Shown piece by piece: positions 33,787 through 37,133 of a DNA stretch of 37,133 bases. Each line of letters opens with the position of its first letter. Position 1 is the stretch's first letter. A model generated the notes under the pieces. It did not search any database and was not told the DNA's origin. It saw only the letters and a list, made by a program, of their open reading frames with translations. The DNA comes from Planctomycetales bacterium. Lineage in GTDB: Bacteria > 4484-113 > JAFGCY01. The position numbers were made by a program, and so were the translations under genes. The stretch lies in contig JAHEFU010000001.1 in assembly GCA_024645305.1 (NCBI GenBank), forward strand, positions 6,809 through 43,941. Direction: 5' to 3'.

Positions 33787-34257
33787 ATGGGTAACTCCAG
33801 ACATACTCTCAAACTGGTGCTGATCGAGCCGGAGATTCCGCACAACACGGGAGCCCTCGGACGCAGTTGCCTGGCAATCGGGGCACAGCTGCACCTTGTG
33901 CACCCGCTCGGATTCCAGATGGGTGCCGACCAGCTGCGCCGCAGCGGCCTGGACTACTGGCAACACGTCAATCCTGTGATGCATGACTCACTGCCTGCCT
34001 TCAGGGCTGCATTGCCACCCGGCCAGCCGCTGTGGCTCTTCACAACAAAGGCGGAGCAGAGCCTTTACGACATACGGATCGCTCCGGACAGCTGGCTTGT
34101 CTTCGGGTCTGAATCACGGGGCCTGCCTGCGGAACTGTTGCAGGAGTATCCACAATCCTGCCTGCGGATTCCGATGGATACTAGTCATGTGCGCTCCCTC
34201 AATCTCGCCAATGCCGCGAGTATCGCTCTGTATGAAGCCTGGCGGCAGCAGAGCTGA
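33787..34257 (+). CDS. trmL: tRNA (cytidine/uridine-34-2'-O)-methyltransferase TrmL (SpoU/TrmH family)
   Basis: L.LVL.EPEIP.NTG...R.C...G..LHLV.PLGF......L.R.GLDYW, LVFG.E..GLP and IPM.....RSLNL.N...I.LYEA.RQ match TrmL (YibK). Alternative starts are at 33772 and 33778. Confidence 0.85.
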   Translation: MGNSRHTLKLVLIEPEIPHNTGALGRSCLAIGAQLHLVHPLGFQMGADQLRRSGLDYWQHVNPVMHDSLPAFRAALPPGQPLWLFTTKAEQSLYDIRIAPDSWLVFGSESRGLPAELLQEYPQSCLRIPMDTSHVRSLNLANAASIALYEAWRQQS

Positions 34258-35115
34258 TCAGCCGTAGATTGCTATGACTGCCACACCGGCGACAATTCCC
34301 AGGGCTCCGCCGAGCCTGCGCTTGAACTGCAGCTCCCCCAAGAGCAGACTGCCGATCAGCACGGAGAACACAATGCTGCATTCCCGGCTGGCAACCACGT
34401 ATGCGGTGGGCGCCAGCCTGAAGGCGTGGAGTACCAGCAGATATCCCCCGAAGGTCCCGGCCGCACAGCCCAGCAGGGCCGGCAGGTTGCTCCTGAGTTC
34501 CTCACGGATCGCAGCCTGCCTGCGCAGCACCAGTGGCAGCAGGACTGCCGTCTGGCAGACCATCATCATGGAGATCCAGGGCAGGGGACTGATCCCGGTC
34601 GCCAGCATGGCCTGCTTGTCAATCAGGTTGTAGCAAGCCACGCTCAATCCAGTCCCCAGTGCGGCTAGCAGGGCCAGTGAACCCGGGCGGGAATGTCCCA
34701 GCGTGCTGCTCAGGCCGGTGAACATGATGCCGGCAATCACCAGCGCGATGCCGCAGGCCCCAGCGGGACTGAGCTGTTCCTGCAGCAGCAGCAGACCCCC
34801 GAGCGGTACGAGCGAGACCCCCAGGCCGCGGCTGATGGGATAGGCCAGGGAGTAATCCCCGAGGCGGTAGGCTTCACTGAGCAGCCAGATGTACGCTGCA
34901 TGGGCGGCCGTCGTAGCCAGGTACCAGGGCCAGGCTGCGATATGCAGTGAGCCATTGGCGAAGCATGCAATGACGAAAGGAAGCTGCCAGACTGCATTGA
35001 ACAGGAAGGCGATCCAGATGAAGCTGAACTTGTCCCGGGAGCGCTTGGCCAGTGCATTCCAGCTGGCATGTATCAGGGCGGAAAGCAGGACCAGCAGGAG
35101 GGCGTACAGTGGCAT
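34258..35115 (-). CDS. EamA/DMT-superfamily transporter (10 TM)
   Basis: Two EamA-like halves with hydrophobic helices throughout. I prefer the ATG at 35115 (MPLYALLLVLL..); the ORF-track TTG is at 35136. Its stop abuts the trmL stop with a 0-bp gap. Confidence 0.8.
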   Translation of the reverse strand: MPLYALLLVLLSALIHASWNALAKRSRDKFSFIWIAFLFNAVWQLPFVIACFANGSLHIAAWPWYLATTAAHAAYIWLLSEAYRLGDYSLAYPISRGLGVSLVPLGGLLLLQEQLSPAGACGIALVIAGIMFTGLSSTLGHSRPGSLALLAALGTGLSVACYNLIDKQAMLATGISPLPWISMMMVCQTAVLLPLVLRRQAAIREELRSNLPALLGCAAGTFGGYLLVLHAFRLAPTAYVVASRECSIVFSVLIGSLLLGELQFKRRLGGALGIVAGVAVIAIYG

Positions 35116-35125
35116 GGATCTCAGA

Positions 35126-35131
35126 AGTATA
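35126..35131 (-). promoter_or_regulatory. -10 hexamer TATACT 10 nt upstream of the ATG at 35115
   Basis: The minus strand reads gaTATACTtctgagatccATG. Confidence 0.3.
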
Positions 35132-35157
35132 TCCAATGGAGAAGGAAAATTATTATG

Positions 35158-35166
35158 TGATATAAT
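35158..35166 (+). promoter_or_regulatory. Consensus extended -10 (TGaTATAAT) about 85 nt upstream of the 244-aa membrane-protein gene
   Basis: The sequence reads gTGaTATAATtcac. The predicted leader of about 79 nt contains the inverted repeat CTGATG/CATCAG and three CCGG tracts. Confidence 0.45.
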
Positions 35167-35251
35167 TCACGAATACCGGTTCAGGTCATTGCTGATGCGG
35201 TGTATTGCTTCGCTCATCAGTTTCCGGCCTGTGCCGTAATCAGGACCGGAC

Positions 35252-35986
35252 ATGGAAAAAGCTGCTATTCACTACCTGGCTCTGGGCACAACCCTGATCA
35301 GTGCGGTATTCGCCTGGGTCATCCTGCACCGCTACCGGATCAGGCATTCCGGGATCCACCTGCTGTGGTGGGGCATCGGGGTGATCATCTACGGCGCCGG
35401 CACGGCCCTGGAAGGCAGCATCACCCTGTTTGGCAACTCCGTCGCAGCCACGAAGGCCTGGTACATTGTCGGTGCGCTGCTGGGGGGCTACCCACTGGCA
35501 ACGGGCAGCCTGTACCTCCTGACCCCGCGCCGCTATGCCAACCGCCTAACATGGCTCAGCCTGCCGCTGGTGCTGGTGCTGTCACTGCTGGTGATCATCT
35601 CTCCCGCCAATCTCGAGGCCCTGCAGGCCCATAAGCCGGGTGGGGCAGTCCTGGGCTGGCAGTGGATCCGCTGGTTCTCCCCGCTGATCAATACCTATGC
35701 CGCCATATTCCTGATCGGCTTTGCGCTGCGCAGCGCTTTCCAGTTTGCCAGGCGCAGGCGGAACTTCAACCGCATGCTTGGCAACACATTGATTGCCATC
35801 GGAGCGATCCTGCCGGGTATCGGGGGTGGCATGGCCAAGGGAGGCATAGTTGAGGCGCTGTATGTCGGTGAGTTCGTCGGGATCATCCTGATCTGGCTGG
35901 GTTTCCGCTGGTGCCAGAAACCCGTAGTGCTGGAAGTGCAGGAGTCCAGTGAGCTTGCGTCCATGGAGAACTCGCTGCTGATCTGA
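35252..35986 (+). CDS. Hypothetical polytopic membrane protein, 244 aa
   Basis: About 6-7 hydrophobic helices (..LALGTTLISAVFAWVIL.., ..LLWWGIGVIIYGAG.., ..IAIGAILPGIGGG..). No motif was recognised. Confidence 0.65.
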   Translation: MEKAAIHYLALGTTLISAVFAWVILHRYRIRHSGIHLLWWGIGVIIYGAGTALEGSITLFGNSVAATKAWYIVGALLGGYPLATGSLYLLTPRRYANRLTWLSLPLVLVLSLLVIISPANLEALQAHKPGGAVLGWQWIRWFSPLINTYAAIFLIGFALRSAFQFARRRRNFNRMLGNTLIAIGAILPGIGGGMAKGGIVEALYVGEFVGIILIWLGFRWCQKPVVLEVQESSELASMENSLLI

Positions 35987-36060
35987 ACAGCGGTCAAGGC
36001 CCTGCAATGATCCGGGATGCTGACTAATGCATAAGCCGCACGCCACCAGGCAGTGCAGCA

Positions 36061-36069
36061 TGCTACATT
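36061..36069 (+). promoter_or_regulatory. Possible extended -10 (TGcTACATT) 8 nt upstream of the ATG at 36078
   Basis: The sequence reads aTGcTACATTggggcctgATG. It is a weaker hexamer than the others. Confidence 0.25.
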
Positions 36070-36077
36070 GGGGCCTG

Positions 36078-36947
36078 ATGGCCATGCAGTCACTCCTTCA
36101 ACCAATCCTGGCATCCAGCCTTTGCCGCCTGGCCGCCCTTCTGGCACTGTGCCTCGCCCACGGATCCCTGGCAAATGCCGCTGAATCATCGGCGGGTCTC
36201 CTTGTCAGCATTGATGCACAGGGCAGGCTCAATTCGCTGGAGATGGAAGAGACCCCGTTTGAAGCGAGACTGGACTATGGTTCAGACCAGGTGGCAGTGC
36301 AGGCCTGGCATTACAACATCTATGCCCAGTTCTACTTCCCCGGCGAGGATCCGCGGATTGACTACACTTTTCTTGGCAATCGCAGTTATCCCCGCTTGCT
36401 GCTCAAGCTGGACAGGCAGGCTGCCCTGATCTGGGTCAACACAGCGACGAACCGTGCGGAAGCGCGGAAGATCCGAGATGAACTGCGGCGCCAGGGCCTG
36501 GAGGGCGCCTTCGTGGCCCGCGTGCGGGGAGACTACGGCTATGAACACACAGCGGCACAGCAGGCTGCGCTGGAGCTGCTTGCCGGCAAGCTTGATGCGC
36601 AGCAGTGTGGGAAGCTGTCGCCCCTGGAGTGGCTCAGCCGCCAGGACCTGCGCCGCCGCTATGCCCTGCGTGTGCGCCTGCTGTATGTGGACGGCATCCA
36701 GGGGATCAACCAGGCGCTGGAACTGCGCACGAGCCTGGCCGCGGAACTCGGGGAATGCGGCATGCTCAACGGTCCCGGTGGTGGATACCGCCTGTTCTGT
36801 GGAGCCTACGGGGATGCCGAGGAACTGCGGTCAGCCTACGCGCAGGTCCACGCCCTGAGCGGCCTGGAGCCGACTGTGGTCTGTCTCAATGCGGATGGGC
36901 TGGAAACGCGCTGGATCGAGGAGGATCTCAGCGATCCCCTGCGCTGA
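36078..36947 (+). CDS. Secreted protein with SPOR-like (peptidoglycan-binding) repeat(s); tentative
   Basis: Signal peptide ..LCRLAALLALCLAHGSLANA|AE. The segments IWVNTATNRAEARKIRDELRRQGLEGAFV and GGYRLFCGAYGDAEELRSAYAQV resemble SPOR beta-alpha-beta-beta units. Alternative starts are at 36027 and 36060. Confidence 0.5.
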   Translation: MAMQSLLQPILASSLCRLAALLALCLAHGSLANAAESSAGLLVSIDAQGRLNSLEMEETPFEARLDYGSDQVAVQAWHYNIYAQFYFPGEDPRIDYTFLGNRSYPRLLLKLDRQAALIWVNTATNRAEARKIRDELRRQGLEGAFVARVRGDYGYEHTAAQQAALELLAGKLDAQQCGKLSPLEWLSRQDLRRRYALRVRLLYVDGIQGINQALELRTSLAAELGECGMLNGPGGGYRLFCGAYGDAEELRSAYAQVHALSGLEPTVVCLNADGLETRWIEEDLSDPLR

Positions 36948-36958
36948 CCGGGCGGGGC

Positions 36959-37133
36959 CTATTCCAGTTCCCGCTTGCCAAGCTGGTCCAGTTCACGCTC
37001 CAGGTCGTCATACACGGCCAGCTCGTCATTTAGAGTCTCGCTGTGGCGGATGTTGTCAAGCACCTGCTCAATGTCCCGGTTGACCCTCTTCGGATCCACG
37101 GCGGTCATGGCCTGGTCCACCAGGAGCTTCATC
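36959..37133 (-). CDS. Small or partial ORF (the last 57 codons are visible; it may continue beyond the window); acidic, helical, function unknown
   Basis: The minus strand reads (M)KLLVDQAMTAVDPKRVNRDIEQVLDNIRHSETLNDELAVYDDLERELDQLGKRELE with a stop (TAG) at 36961-36959. It is not in the ORF track because it is short or reaches the edge. Confidence 0.3.
   Translation of the reverse strand, partial: MKLLVDQAMTAVDPKRVNRDIEQVLDNIRHSETLNDELAVYDDLERELDQLGKRELE

Noticed and set aside
1-37133. A search for mobile elements, prophage genes, integrases, tRNA/rRNA genes, toxin-antitoxin pairs, restriction-modification and known defence-system signatures
   Set aside because: No ORF shows DDE/HUH transposase, tyrosine or serine recombinase, capsid/terminase, methyltransferase, nuclease-helicase or small paired-ORF signatures. 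No intergenic region is long enough or structured like a tRNA or rRNA. I found no terminal inverted repeats.

Overview
This is a 37.1-kb, gene-dense, roughly 60% G+C chromosomal segment from an unidentified diderm bacterium (LpxB, an LptC-like protein and many lipobox lipoproteins). I call 34 protein-coding genes. I find no rRNA, tRNA, CRISPR array, transposase, integrase or phage genes. Most of the content is scattered housekeeping: alaS, glyQS, rpsT, lpxB, mdh, queF, trmL, corA, nhaA, comEC, a thiolase, an acyl-CoA dehydrogenase and a shikimate-dehydrogenase-like gene. These are interleaved with uncharacterised lipoproteins and membrane proteins. The left 3.9 kb is the 3' part of a giant surface protein with 10 PKD domains in a strictly phased 288-bp tandem array, followed by a propeller-like repeat domain. 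I do not see a recognisable defence, toxin-antitoxin, secretion or biosynthetic cluster. The points most worth a second look are: (1) a lower-G+C three-gene patch at 9.8-13.1 kb, containing a membrane-anchored all-alpha 501-aa protein, an orphan OmpR-type response regulator and a secreted 236-aa protein; (2) a lipoprotein that fuses a UshA/5'-nucleotidase-like domain with all metal ligands replaced to a tetraheme cytochrome c module; (3) a divergent CofE-like / AroE-like gene pair sharing a 37-bp control region; (4) genome architecture: 25 of 33 neighbouring gene pairs switch strand, 9 of 13 convergent pairs have stop codons 0-11 bp apart, and about a dozen genes carry a -10 hexamer only 5-10 nt upstream of the start codon, which suggests leaderless mRNAs. 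All product calls come from motif recognition by eye. No database search or folding computation was possible.
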